NCBI GenBank assembly: GCA_965644265.1
Contig: OZ286466.1
Coordinates: forward strand, 69,626,001 to 69,690,000
Direction of reading: 5' to 3'
Origin: Glycera tridactyla
Lineage: Eukaryota
DNA length: 64,000 nt
Positions 18,258 through 28,587 of the stretch are shown piece by piece. How positions within the stretch are numbered: position 1 is the first letter of the stretch; the number at the start of each line of letters is the position of its first letter. The notes below the pieces were generated by a model. That model was not told the origin of the DNA. It worked only from the letters and a program-made list of their open reading frames with translations, and searched no databases. The translations under genes were made by a program, and so were the position numbers.

Positions 18258-20965
18258 ATATAGCATCAACAAACGGACTCACCAGCAATGACGTGATTTG
18301 TGGAGTGAGGGAGATGGAGGAGAGCTGCACGAAGGTGCAGGTGTTTCAAAATAAAAATCTGAATAATAATGTCAAAAAGTACACATTTCTCGTTGGTCTT
18401 GACTTTCAGCAAGCATCCAGTACATTTTCTAGCACTTGTCCTACTGATTTGCAGACTTGTGCTGATGAAATTGTGAAAATCGCCCTGTCAGAGGATACAG
18501 GGATTATGAACTTGTCAAACTTCTCTTTACAGGAAGAACATGTGTCAATTTTGAGTAAAGGCCTTACCTTTTGCCCTACACCGGGGGAACCGGAAATGGG
18601 TGAAATTTGCAACGATTTAGAGAAATACCATCGTAGATTACGATGTTATGCTCATTTCAACGACGATGCCACTGACATACAGTCATTGACATCAAAACTC
18701 AAACCCACTAAAAAGAAAAGTGCCCCAGAGTCGCTCTCTGGTACACCTTTCTCACAGGTAGATACGACTTCCCTCAAGGGTTCTTCAAAGGTCATTTTTG
18801 ATGGAAATACCAGTCCTTTCGAAGATCGAGAGTTTTTACTGCCCTCTACTTTTGAGCCAAAACAGAATCCTAGAAGTCTTAATACATTCAGCGACATGAA
18901 TGAACTTCATCTGTCAAAAGTCATTTTCAAGGAAAATCGCCCAGAAAATGTTACTAGAGCAGAGAGGGCTGGCCTTAAGACACTCAGTAGAAATCCCGAG
19001 ATAGTGTTGAAAAAGGCAGATAAAGGGTCATCAATTGTCATTCTGAATAGAGATGACTACATCAAGGAAGGCCTTTCACAATTGGAAAATCCAAATTTCT
19101 ATAAGAAAATGGATGAGAACTTGACAATGAAACATCATGCGGAGATTGGGGAGTTTCTTCACAAAATGAAATGGGCAGGTGAAATTACTGATAAGACTGA
19201 GAAATACTTGTGGCAGGCAAACCCGAGGACTCCTGAGTTTTACATGTTGCCCAAAATCCACAAAAAAACTAGACCCCCACCAGGTAGACCAATCATATCC
19301 GCCAATGATTGCCCTACCGAGAAAATATCCAAATTTGTGGATTTTTTCATTAAACCACTCCTCCCAGAAGTGAAATCATACCTAAGGGACACTACTGATT
19401 TCATCTGTCTTCTGGAAGACACTGGCATCCTACCGAAAAACAGTATCCTTTTCACCATGGATGTTACCAGTCTATATACAAACATACCGCATGAAGCCGG
19501 GATGGAGAGTGTTCGGAAAATCCTAGAGAAAAATAGAGCATCATATGCCATCCCGAGAACTGAATCACTCATGAAACTACTTGAATTTGTATTGAAAATG
19601 AATAACTTTCAATTCAATGGTGTAGATTACCTCCAAATTGGAGGCACGGCTATGGGCACGAGGGTGGCCCCCAGCCTAGCTAATTTTTTCATGGGTGATT
19701 TTGAGGAGAGATTTGTGTACACCTATGCCAAGCAACCACTCATCTGGAAACGCTACCTAGATGACATTTTTGGAGTTTGGACCCATGGCAAGGAAGAGTT
19801 GGACAAGTTTGTAGAATACCTGAATTCTTGCCTTGATACCATAAAATTCACTGCAGAAATCTCGGAGGACCATGTGGTCTTCCTGGACACGACGGTCCAC
19901 AAAGACAGTGAAGACAGACTATGGACGACTGTATACTGTAAACCTACAGATAGCCATAGCTACCTCCATTTCAAATCAGCACATCCGATGCATATGAAAA
20001 AGAGTCTACCTTTCAGTCAATTCTTGAGAGTGAAGCGTATTTGCTCCAAAAATACTGATTTTATCAACGAGAGCGCCAAAATTATGGGACATTTTCTTAG
20101 AAGAGGATATCCCACAGAAATTGTTTTTGAAAGCTGGTACCGTGCAGACAAGGTCCAGAGAACAGAAGCCCTGAAGCCAGTTGGGAAAACTTCCAGTCAG
20201 GCCGATCAAACCAATCTCACTTTGGCTGAAACGGTCCCAAATGAGGATAGGTTTTTTTTGATCACCACTTACAATCCCCGTAATAATCAAATTCGGGGGA
20301 TAGTGGAGAAAAATATGGAGATTTTATCTAGATCGTCGGCCACTAAAGATCTAGCAAGCATTGAGACTATTTTCGGTTTTCGGAGACCACAGAACTTGAG
20401 GGACATCCTGGTCAAGGCTAAACTTAAGCCTATCCAGGGAGACACCTCAGATAAAAAACCATGCAGTGAGACCAGGAATCTATGCAAAAATCCGAAGTGT
20501 AATCACTGCCCTGTACTTAATAAATCTGGAAAGATCAGAAGTCAGGTCACAAAGGTCAACTACACTTGCAAGAAAAATATCACTTGCAAAAGTTCCAACC
20601 TCATCTATTGCATCCAATGCAGGCGATGTGGGAGGCAATATGTGGGCCAAACACGAACAACAATCATGAAAAGACTCCAGGGGCATTTTGATAGGATCAA
20701 ACGCAAAGTCTTGAGTGATGACATTGGACGACACTTTAACTCTGATGACCACTTAGGCAGGGATGACCTTGAGTTGTTTGTATTGGATTTTGTGTATACA
20801 GACCCCATGGCCGAGTATGCAGAGAATCTGCGTCTTCTGATTGAGAAAAACTGGATACAGCGTTTGAGAACACAGCGACCTGATGGACTCAACACGATGT
20901 TAAAAACCAGAGACTACGGTAAAAGTAGAAACTGGAGATTCTACAAAAAAGGCAGATCAGGGTAG
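17969..20965 (+). CDS. PLE ORF2: RT + GIY-YIG endonuclease
   Basis: Same translated protein as 11340-14336. Confidence 0.95.
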   Translation: MAAATPEWPIWWPTETQSFTCITTWNSFVSGFSLWGNGTEEQHGTQRKIRVSPQRWTSVPKPTSTLREQWPTSGHGENHDGDGKRCYKAIKGTEVLNIASTNGLTSNDVICGVREMEESCTKVQVFQNKNLNNNVKKYTFLVGLDFQQASSTFSSTCPTDLQTCADEIVKIALSEDTGIMNLSNFSLQEEHVSILSKGLTFCPTPGEPEMGEICNDLEKYHRRLRCYAHFNDDATDIQSLTSKLKPTKKKSAPESLSGTPFSQVDTTSLKGSSKVIFDGNTSPFEDREFLLPSTFEPKQNPRSLNTFSDMNELHLSKVIFKENRPENVTRAERAGLKTLSRNPEIVLKKADKGSSIVILNRDDYIKEGLSQLENPNFYKKMDENLTMKHHAEIGEFLHKMKWAGEITDKTEKYLWQANPRTPEFYMLPKIHKKTRPPPGRPIISANDCPTEKISKFVDFFIKPLLPEVKSYLRDTTDFICLLEDTGILPKNSILFTMDVTSLYTNIPHEAGMESVRKILEKNRASYAIPRTESLMKLLEFVLKMNNFQFNGVDYLQIGGTAMGTRVAPSLANFFMGDFEERFVYTYAKQPLIWKRYLDDIFGVWTHGKEELDKFVEYLNSCLDTIKFTAEISEDHVVFLDTTVHKDSEDRLWTTVYCKPTDSHSYLHFKSAHPMHMKKSLPFSQFLRVKRICSKNTDFINESAKIMGHFLRRGYPTEIVFESWYRADKVQRTEALKPVGKTSSQADQTNLTLAETVPNEDRFFLITTYNPRNNQIRGIVEKNMEILSRSSATKDLASIETIFGFRRPQNLRDILVKAKLKPIQGDTSDKKPCSETRNLCKNPKCNHCPVLNKSGKIRSQVTKVNYTCKKNITCKSSNLIYCIQCRRCGRQYVGQTRTTIMKRLQGHFDRIKRKVLSDDIGRHFNSDDHLGRDDLELFVLDFVYTDPMAEYAENLRLLIEKNWIQRLRTQRPDGLNTMLKTRDYGKSRNWRFYKKGRSG

Positions 20966-21577
20966 AAGATCATAATTCCGTGCCTGTTGCAACAGAATTT
21001 TGTCAACCAGGCAGATATGTATATTTTTTTCAGAATCACGGGACATTTGATGTCGTGCCCCGATCAACTCCTGGTTTTACCCACGATCATAGCCGAGATA
21101 TAAATCTTTGATTCTGTGTCCCTACCCTGGGATTACCCAGGCTGACCTTGATCAGGGGTCAAAGGTCAACCTTTGAGGCAACACTCAAATGTACTCTCCG
21201 CCTCGTCACTACATATTAATCTTCTTTCTGAGTGTTTTGAGTGTATACCTCCTTAAAGCCATCCGACCATGACGCTTATTGGGCCTCTCTGTGTAAGAGA
21301 ACGCATCCGAAACCATGAACAGGCTGTCCCTGTACATGGAGTTGCCATTTATTTCAAGGTGAACAATACAGAGTGATTGATCTAAAATCCTTGAGGGAGA
21401 GAAAGTATTCAATCCCCCCCTTTACAATCTGATTAGGCCAATCAGACCCATACTGTGACATGCTCTCTCTGACTGTGTCATAGACCTTAGTTAGGTCACC
21501 ACATAAAGGGGTTTGGGGCCACCAAGTCATTTTGGTTGCCCCCAAATTTTTCTTTGACCGTGGCATTCACGTTTTAG

Positions 21578-21895
21578 TCAGTGTCTGATGAGGAGTGTCG
21601 TCTCCGAAACCGAAGGGATGGTTCGCTAAAATGGTTCCATTTTAGCCAAATAGGGGTGTAGAATATATCTGATTTGCCTCAGATAGATTTTACTGTAGTA
21701 CCCCCAAATAAGCATTGATCCTTTTTAAGGACAATACTTGTTTGTAGACATCGACGCGCATACCCTTATTTGGCAGATCAAAACAAGGTCGCCAAGGGCA
21801 GCGTCTTTTGCTAGGCAACAAAGTAGGATGCGTCATAGGCCTTTATAAGCGCCACGCTTTGAACCGACGGTTCAAACCAGCTTCGGTCACACTGA
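21578..21895 (+). ncRNA. Split hammerhead ribozyme, copy 2
   Basis: Same sequence +6629; predicted cleavage after C21888. Confidence 0.88.
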
Positions 21896-21958
21896 AAGAA
21901 GGAGGGATCCGTGCCTCGTCTACTTTATATTCATTCTTTGGTTTCTTCCTTCAAGAAG

Positions 21959-24886
21959 ATGGCTTCTATACCACCCCTAGAGGATGGAAAAAAGACCCCC
22001 GAGATACAGGAAACGTTTTCCGTATCTGAATCGAAAAAGACGACGTCCAAGGAGGAAGGAGATCGTGGGGACGCTCCGAGCGACGCCATGGACGCCGACA
22101 ACGCTGACGCCGAGATGACAGCGTCAGAAAACGTTGGAGACAATCCTAATACTCCAGATGTGAGTATTACACATTTTCTCCCACCCGCAAAAATCCCCGA
22201 CGTGATTTTAACTCGGGAAAATGGTTTTAAATGTGTCATAAACGTTGACAGCCCACGTCGAGATAGAAAGCACGACGCGCTATTGTCTCCCCATGACGCG
22301 ATGGGGACCACGACGCGTTTTGACACTGAGATCAAAGGCGAGACCATTAACGTGTATAAACATATTGTGGCTAATTTTGATCCGATACAGGAAGGGGTAA
22401 ACGACAATACCCCTTCAAAGAAAAAGAAGGAGAAGGACACCGAGGTTTTACCGCTTATATACGATGTCCCAACTTCATGTGATAAAGGATTGAGGAAGTT
22501 TAATCTCCATAAACACTGTTTTGAAAATGAGCCTCGTCAGTCCACTCGAAAACTAACACGCACAGTTCTGAACACAAATGTGACAGATGTTGAAAATGCT
22601 TCGCAAATGATTCAGACCGAAGATGAACGAAACATCTTGCGTGTAGATGACACGAAATATAACCGAAAAGTCTCCTTTCGAAATGAAGACTCTGTAAAGA
22701 TTTGTGTGTCCACGGACACAGTCAAACCGCTTACATATTCGGTAAACTGTAGTTTTGACGTTTCACATAGGAGGAGGGAGTCTAACAAGAGTGCCACGCA
22801 GGCACCAGGCCCCCAACGTGCCTCGGGCACATACGAACAGAGTCTTTTGATTTCAGATCAAATAGCTTCAGACCGTGAATTGGCACTACAAATGCAATGG
22901 CCTGAACCTACAGATAGCAATGTGGGCCTATGGGACAATGTGATTAGCACACCCAAACCACAAAGAATCGTGAGAGTACATCAGCATAACAAAGACCCCA
23001 CAACTGATAGTACTAAATCTCCAATGTCTGTTGAGTACGTTAGCGAAGGAACCCAAGCCCAGGGTTCGAACCCAGATGTCGTACCCTCTGATCAGACATC
23101 CAAATTGGAGGACTCACCCCTGCAGAGACCCACAATTGGGAAAGGGGGAAAGTCACGTCCAAAAACAGTCAAAGGCCAGAATAGCATCAGATTGTTTCTG
23201 AAGCCAAAACCTCAAAAATTGCATGAAAAAGGAACAGAATCCATGTGTAGTGTGAATAGTGAGGCAACCCTGGTGAATCATGCAAGCTCATTTTCTGCTA
23301 GGGTTCAGAATCTGCCTTTTGATCCTCAGAACTTTGATTCAAATTCCACCATCACAGACAGGATATTGAACTCATCAAACAGGAATATGTCTGAATTCCT
23401 CGACACACTTGATGAATTTGATCTGCCTATGAACCAACGAAGCAGTATGTCACTGAATGACCTACATACGGATTCGATAGTGGAAATTTCAGATCCCAGC
23501 AAATCAAAATCCAGTCCAAATGTCAAAGTGAATGTGGATTTGGACCAATCGGCCACTTTGAAAATCTTGGAATCTTTGGAAATGGACCAAGAGATGAGTC
23601 AAAGTGACCCACCTCTCTGTAGGAGTGAGAAACAAAGGAAGAGAAAGAGAATCAAATTCTCTACTCAACCTGAAAGAATCCCTAGCACAGAGAGTGAAAA
23701 TTCGTCTTCAGATTTTATTGGTAAAAAATCCACCTCCGAATCAGGGCCCAGCGATGTCCCACCTGCACTGAAAACCAATGAAATGTTATCTAATGGTTGT
23801 GTTACTTTGCAGGAGGAGAGACAGATCGAGGACGGAGAAGTGGATGGAGATGAGGACGATGGACCCGAGGTCAACATGGAGGCTGAATATGAGAGAATTC
23901 TGGAGAAACACATTACAGTCCCGTACGAGGCCTCGGATTCGTTCCGAAGAGCACGCAGCTCGTGGATCTCAGAAGCGAAATCCATGGCTCGAGGTGCACA
24001 TCTTAAAGCAATGGCATCTGCTGACAGGATTCCCAGGTGGGCTCTAGGACTGCAAGAAGCGCCCGCCTATTTTCCTGCAAATAAGGACATCCATGTATCA
24101 TTCAATGACTTAGTTAGAGAACAGGCAAAAGAACGCATGGTGTTCTTTGGTGAAGCTTTAGAAACCAAAGCCCATTTCTATGGTAACATTGGTGATGCCA
24201 ACTGTGAGGCCATGCGCATGTTATATGGTCCCACCCGCAAAGAGGACTTCAAGGAGGCCCGTCTCCTCCTGAAGGCAATTGCGATGAAAGATAAGGTAGC
24301 AACATGCAAAGGACTTGGTGAGATTGAGGTTGAGATAGGATCAAATCCAGTGCCCATGGACTCGATAGTAGAGACACTTCTGGCACCACAAAATCTAATC
24401 AACCGCAATGACCCAGTACCTATCACTTTCCAACCGCGAGAAGGAAAGAAAAATCGGAAGAGTGAAAATCAGTCCGAAGCGAGTACATCCACTGGTGGCT
24501 ATACTGAGACGCCCCTCAATACTGAGGCCGACGCCCAAACAGGACGCGGGAGAGGTAGACGCTTCTCTCCAAAACGCCGCCAGGGCTCCCCTAATAGATG
24601 GCAGCAGCAACGCCAGAATGGCCAATCTGGTGGCCAACGGAGACGCAGTCGTTCACCTGTATCACCACGTGGAACAGCTTCGTCTCAGGATTTTCGCTCT
24701 GGGGCAACGGAACGGAAGAGCAACACGGGACACAACGGAAGATCCGAGTATCGCCCCAGAGGTGGACGTCAGTACCAAAACCAACGTCCACGCTACGAGA
24801 ACAATGGCCTACGTCAGGCCATGGAGAAAATCATGATGGAGATGGCAAAAGATGTTACAAAGCCATCAAAGGGACAGAGGTTTTAA
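21959..24886 (+). CDS. PLE ORF1 copy
   Basis: Intact; private K>E (22529) and R>C (24305) changes. Confidence 0.82.
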   Translation: MASIPPLEDGKKTPEIQETFSVSESKKTTSKEEGDRGDAPSDAMDADNADAEMTASENVGDNPNTPDVSITHFLPPAKIPDVILTRENGFKCVINVDSPRRDRKHDALLSPHDAMGTTTRFDTEIKGETINVYKHIVANFDPIQEGVNDNTPSKKKKEKDTEVLPLIYDVPTSCDKGLRKFNLHKHCFENEPRQSTRKLTRTVLNTNVTDVENASQMIQTEDERNILRVDDTKYNRKVSFRNEDSVKICVSTDTVKPLTYSVNCSFDVSHRRRESNKSATQAPGPQRASGTYEQSLLISDQIASDRELALQMQWPEPTDSNVGLWDNVISTPKPQRIVRVHQHNKDPTTDSTKSPMSVEYVSEGTQAQGSNPDVVPSDQTSKLEDSPLQRPTIGKGGKSRPKTVKGQNSIRLFLKPKPQKLHEKGTESMCSVNSEATLVNHASSFSARVQNLPFDPQNFDSNSTITDRILNSSNRNMSEFLDTLDEFDLPMNQRSSMSLNDLHTDSIVEISDPSKSKSSPNVKVNVDLDQSATLKILESLEMDQEMSQSDPPLCRSEKQRKRKRIKFSTQPERIPSTESENSSSDFIGKKSTSESGPSDVPPALKTNEMLSNGCVTLQEERQIEDGEVDGDEDDGPEVNMEAEYERILEKHITVPYEASDSFRRARSSWISEAKSMARGAHLKAMASADRIPRWALGLQEAPAYFPANKDIHVSFNDLVREQAKERMVFFGEALETKAHFYGNIGDANCEAMRMLYGPTRKEDFKEARLLLKAIAMKDKVATCKGLGEIEVEIGSNPVPMDSIVETLLAPQNLINRNDPVPITFQPREGKKNRKSENQSEASTSTGGYTETPLNTEADAQTGRGRGRRFSPKRRQGSPNRWQQQRQNGQSGGQRRRSRSPVSPRGTASSQDFRSGATERKSNTGHNGRSEYRPRGGRQYQNQRPRYENNGLRQAMEKIMMEMAKDVTKPSKGQRF

Positions 24887-27594
24887 ATATAGCATCAACA
24901 AACGGACTCACCAGCAATGACGTGATTTGTGGAGTGAGGGAGATGGAGGAGAGCTGCACGAAGGTGCAGGTGTTTCAAAATAAAAATCTGAATAATAATG
25001 TCAAAAAGTACACATTTCTCGTTGGTCTTGACTTTCAGCAAGCATCCAGTACATTTTCTAGCACTTGTCCTACTGATTTGCAGACTTGTGCTGATGAAAT
25101 TGTGAAAATCGCCCTGTCAGAGGATACAGGGATTATGAACTTGTCAAACTTCTCTTTACAGGAAGAACATGTGTCAATTTTGAGTAAAGGCCTTACCTTT
25201 TGCCCTACACCGGGGGAACCGGAAATGGGTGAAATTTGCAACGATTTAGAGAAATACCATCGTAGATTACGATGTTATGCTCATTTCAACGACGATGCCA
25301 CTGACATACAGTCATTGACATCAAAACTCAAACCCACTAAAAAGAAAAGTGCCCCAGAGTCGCTCTCTGGTACACCTTTCTCACAGGTAGATACGACTTC
25401 CCTCAAGGGTTCTTCAAAGGTCATTTTTGATGGAAATACCAGTCCTTTTGAAGATCGAGAGTTTTTACTGCCCTCTACTTTTGAGCCAAAACAGAATCCT
25501 AGAAGTCTTAATACATTCAGCGACATGAATGAACTTCATCTGTCAAAAGTCATTTTCAAGGAAAATCGCCCAGAAAATGTTACTAGAGCAGAGAGGGCTG
25601 GCCTTAAGACACTCAGTAGAAATCCCGAGATAGTGTTGAAAAAGGCAGATAAAGGGTCATCAATTGTCATTCTGAATAGAGATGACTACATCAAGGAAGG
25701 CCTTTCACAATTGGAAAATCCAAATTTCTATAAGAAAATGGATGAGAACTTGACAATGAAACATCATGCGGAGATTGGGGAGTTTCTTCACAAAATGAAA
25801 TGGGCAGGTGAAATTACTGATAAGACTGAGAAATACTTGTGGCAGGCAAACCCGAGGACTCCTGAGTTTTACATGTTGCCCAAAATCCACAAAAAAACTA
25901 GACCCCCACCAGGTAGACCAATCATATCCGCCAATGATTGCCCTACCGAGAAAATATCCAAATTTGTGGATTTTTTCATTAAACCACTCCTCCCAGAAGT
26001 GAAATCATACCTAAGGGACACTACTGATTTCATCTTTCTTCTGGAAGACACTGGCATCCTACCGAAAAACAGTATCCTTTTCACCATGGATGTTACCAGT
26101 CTATATACAAACATACCGCATGAAGCCGGGATGGAGAGTGTTCGGAAAATCCTAGAGAAAAATAGAGCATCATATGCCATCCCGAGAACTGAATCACTCA
26201 TGAAACTACTTGAATTTGTATTGAAAATGAATAACTTTCAATTCAATGGTGTAGATTACCTCCAAATTGGAGGCACGGCTATGGGCACGAGGGTGGCCCC
26301 CAGCCTAGCTAATTTTTTCATGGGTGATTTTGAGGAGAGATTTGTGTACACCTATGCCAAGCAACCACTCATCTGGAAACGCTACCTAGATGACATTTTT
26401 GGAGTTTGGACCCATGGCAAGGAAGAGTTGGACAAGTTTGTAGAATACCTGAATTCTTGCCTTGATACCATAAAATTCACTGCAGAAATCTCGGAGGACC
26501 ATGTGGTCTTCCTGGACACGACGGTCCACAAAGACAGTGAAGACAGACTATGGACGACTGTATACTGTAAACCTACAGATAGCCATAGCTACCTCCATTT
26601 CAAATCAGCACATCCGATGCATATGAAAAAGAGTCTACCTTTCAGTCAATTCTTGAGAGTGAAGCGTATTTGCTCCAAAAATACTGATTTTATCAACGAG
26701 AGCGCCAAAATTATGGGACATTTTCTTAGAAGAGGATATCCCACAGAAATTGTTTTTGAAAGCTGGTACCGTGCAGACAAGGTCCAGAGAACAGAAGCCC
26801 TGAAGCCAGTTGGGAAAACTTCCAGTCAGGCCGATCAAACCAATCTCACTTTGGCTGAAACGGTCCCAAATGAGGATAGGTTTTTTTTGATCACCACTTA
26901 CAATCCCCGTAATAATCAAATTCGGGGGATAGTGGAGAAAAATATGGAGATTTTATCTAGATCGTCGGCCACTAAAGATCTAGCAAGCATTGAGACTATT
27001 TTCGGTTTTCGGAGACCACAGAACTTGAGGGACATCCTGGTCAAGGCTAAACTTAAGCCTATCCAGGGAGACACCTCAGATAAAAAACCATGCAGTGAGA
27101 CCAGGAATCTATGCAAAAATCCGAAGTGTAATCACTGCCCTGTACTTAATAAATCTGGAAAGATCAGAAGTCAGGTCACAAAGGTCAACTACACTTGCAA
27201 GAAAAATATCACTTGCAAAAGTTCCAACCTCATCTATTGCATCCAATGCAGGCGATGTGGGAGGCAATATGTGGGCCAAACACGAACAACAATCATGAAA
27301 AGACTCCAGGGGCATTTTGATAGGATCAAACGCAAAGTCTTGAGTGATGACATTGGACGACACTTTAACTCTGATGACCACTTAGGCAGGGATGACCTTG
27401 AGTTGTTTGTATTGGATTTTGTGTATACAGACCCCATGGCCGAGTATGCAGAGAATCTGCGTCTTCTGATTGAGAAAAACTGGATACAGCGTTTGAGAAC
27501 ACAGCGACCTGATGGACTCAACACGATGTTAAAAACCAGAGACTACGGTAAAAGTAGAAACTGGAGATTCTACAAAAAAGGCAGATCAGGGTAG
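24598..27594 (+). CDS. PLE ORF2: RT + GIY-YIG endonuclease
   Basis: Intact; private C>F change (26036). Confidence 0.95.
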   Translation: MAAATPEWPIWWPTETQSFTCITTWNSFVSGFSLWGNGTEEQHGTQRKIRVSPQRWTSVPKPTSTLREQWPTSGHGENHDGDGKRCYKAIKGTEVLNIASTNGLTSNDVICGVREMEESCTKVQVFQNKNLNNNVKKYTFLVGLDFQQASSTFSSTCPTDLQTCADEIVKIALSEDTGIMNLSNFSLQEEHVSILSKGLTFCPTPGEPEMGEICNDLEKYHRRLRCYAHFNDDATDIQSLTSKLKPTKKKSAPESLSGTPFSQVDTTSLKGSSKVIFDGNTSPFEDREFLLPSTFEPKQNPRSLNTFSDMNELHLSKVIFKENRPENVTRAERAGLKTLSRNPEIVLKKADKGSSIVILNRDDYIKEGLSQLENPNFYKKMDENLTMKHHAEIGEFLHKMKWAGEITDKTEKYLWQANPRTPEFYMLPKIHKKTRPPPGRPIISANDCPTEKISKFVDFFIKPLLPEVKSYLRDTTDFIFLLEDTGILPKNSILFTMDVTSLYTNIPHEAGMESVRKILEKNRASYAIPRTESLMKLLEFVLKMNNFQFNGVDYLQIGGTAMGTRVAPSLANFFMGDFEERFVYTYAKQPLIWKRYLDDIFGVWTHGKEELDKFVEYLNSCLDTIKFTAEISEDHVVFLDTTVHKDSEDRLWTTVYCKPTDSHSYLHFKSAHPMHMKKSLPFSQFLRVKRICSKNTDFINESAKIMGHFLRRGYPTEIVFESWYRADKVQRTEALKPVGKTSSQADQTNLTLAETVPNEDRFFLITTYNPRNNQIRGIVEKNMEILSRSSATKDLASIETIFGFRRPQNLRDILVKAKLKPIQGDTSDKKPCSETRNLCKNPKCNHCPVLNKSGKIRSQVTKVNYTCKKNITCKSSNLIYCIQCRRCGRQYVGQTRTTIMKRLQGHFDRIKRKVLSDDIGRHFNSDDHLGRDDLELFVLDFVYTDPMAEYAENLRLLIEKNWIQRLRTQRPDGLNTMLKTRDYGKSRNWRFYKKGRSG

Positions 27595-28206
27595 AAGATC
27601 ATAATTCCGTGCCTGTTGCAACAGAATTTTGTCAACCAGGCAGATATGTATATTTTTTTCAGAATCACGGGACATTTGATGTCGTGCCCCGATCAACTCC
27701 TGGTTTTACCCACGATCATAGCCGAGATATAAATCTTTGATTCTGTGTCCCTACCCTGGGATTACCCAGGCTGACCTTGATCAGGGGTCAAAGGTCAACC
27801 TTTGAGGCAACACTCAAATGTACTCTCCGCCTCGTCACTACATATTAATCTTCTTTCTGAGTGTTTTGAGTGTATACCTCCTTAAAGCCATCCGACCATG
27901 ACGCTTATTGGGCCTCTCTGTGTAAGAGAACGCATCCGAAACCATGAACAGGCTGTCCCTGTACATGGAGTTGCCATTTATTTCAAGGTGAACAATACAG
28001 AGTGATTGATCTAAAATCCTTGAGGGAGAGAAAGTATTCAATCCCCCCCTTTACAATCTGATTAGGCCAATCAGACCCATACTGTGACATGCTCTCTCTG
28101 ACTGTGTCATAGACCTTAGTTAGGTCACCACATAAAGGGGTTTGGGGCCACCAAGTCATTTTGGTTGCCCCCAATTTTTTCTTTGACCGTGGCATTCACG
28201 TTTTAG

Positions 28207-28524
28207 TCAGTGTCTGATGAGGAGTGTCGTCTCCGAAACCGAAGGGATGGTTCGCTAAAATGGTTCCATTTTAGCCAAATAGGGGTGTAGAATATATCTG
28301 ATTTGCCTCAGATAGATTTTACTGTAGTACCCCCAAATAAGCATTGATCCTTTTTAAGGACAATACTTGTTTGTAGACATCGACGCGCATACCCTTATTT
28401 GGCAGATCAAAACAAGGTCGCCAAGGGCAGCGTCTTTTGCTAGGCAACAAAGTAGGATGCGTCATAGGCCTTTATAAGCGCCACGCTTTGAACCGACGGT
28501 TCAAACCAGCTTCGGTCACACTGA
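28207..28524 (+). ncRNA. Split hammerhead ribozyme, copy 3
   Basis: Same sequence; predicted cleavage after C28517. Confidence 0.88.
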
Positions 28525-28587
28525 AAGAAGGAGGGATCCGTGCCTCGTCTACTTTATATTCATTCTTTGGTTTCTTCCTTCAAGAAG

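Noticed and set aside
18253-18259. Canonical slippery heptamer TTTAAAT at the ORF1 stop
   Set aside because: Its codons (TTA AAT) are in the ORF2 frame, not the ORF1 frame, so it cannot shift ORF1 ribosomes into ORF2.
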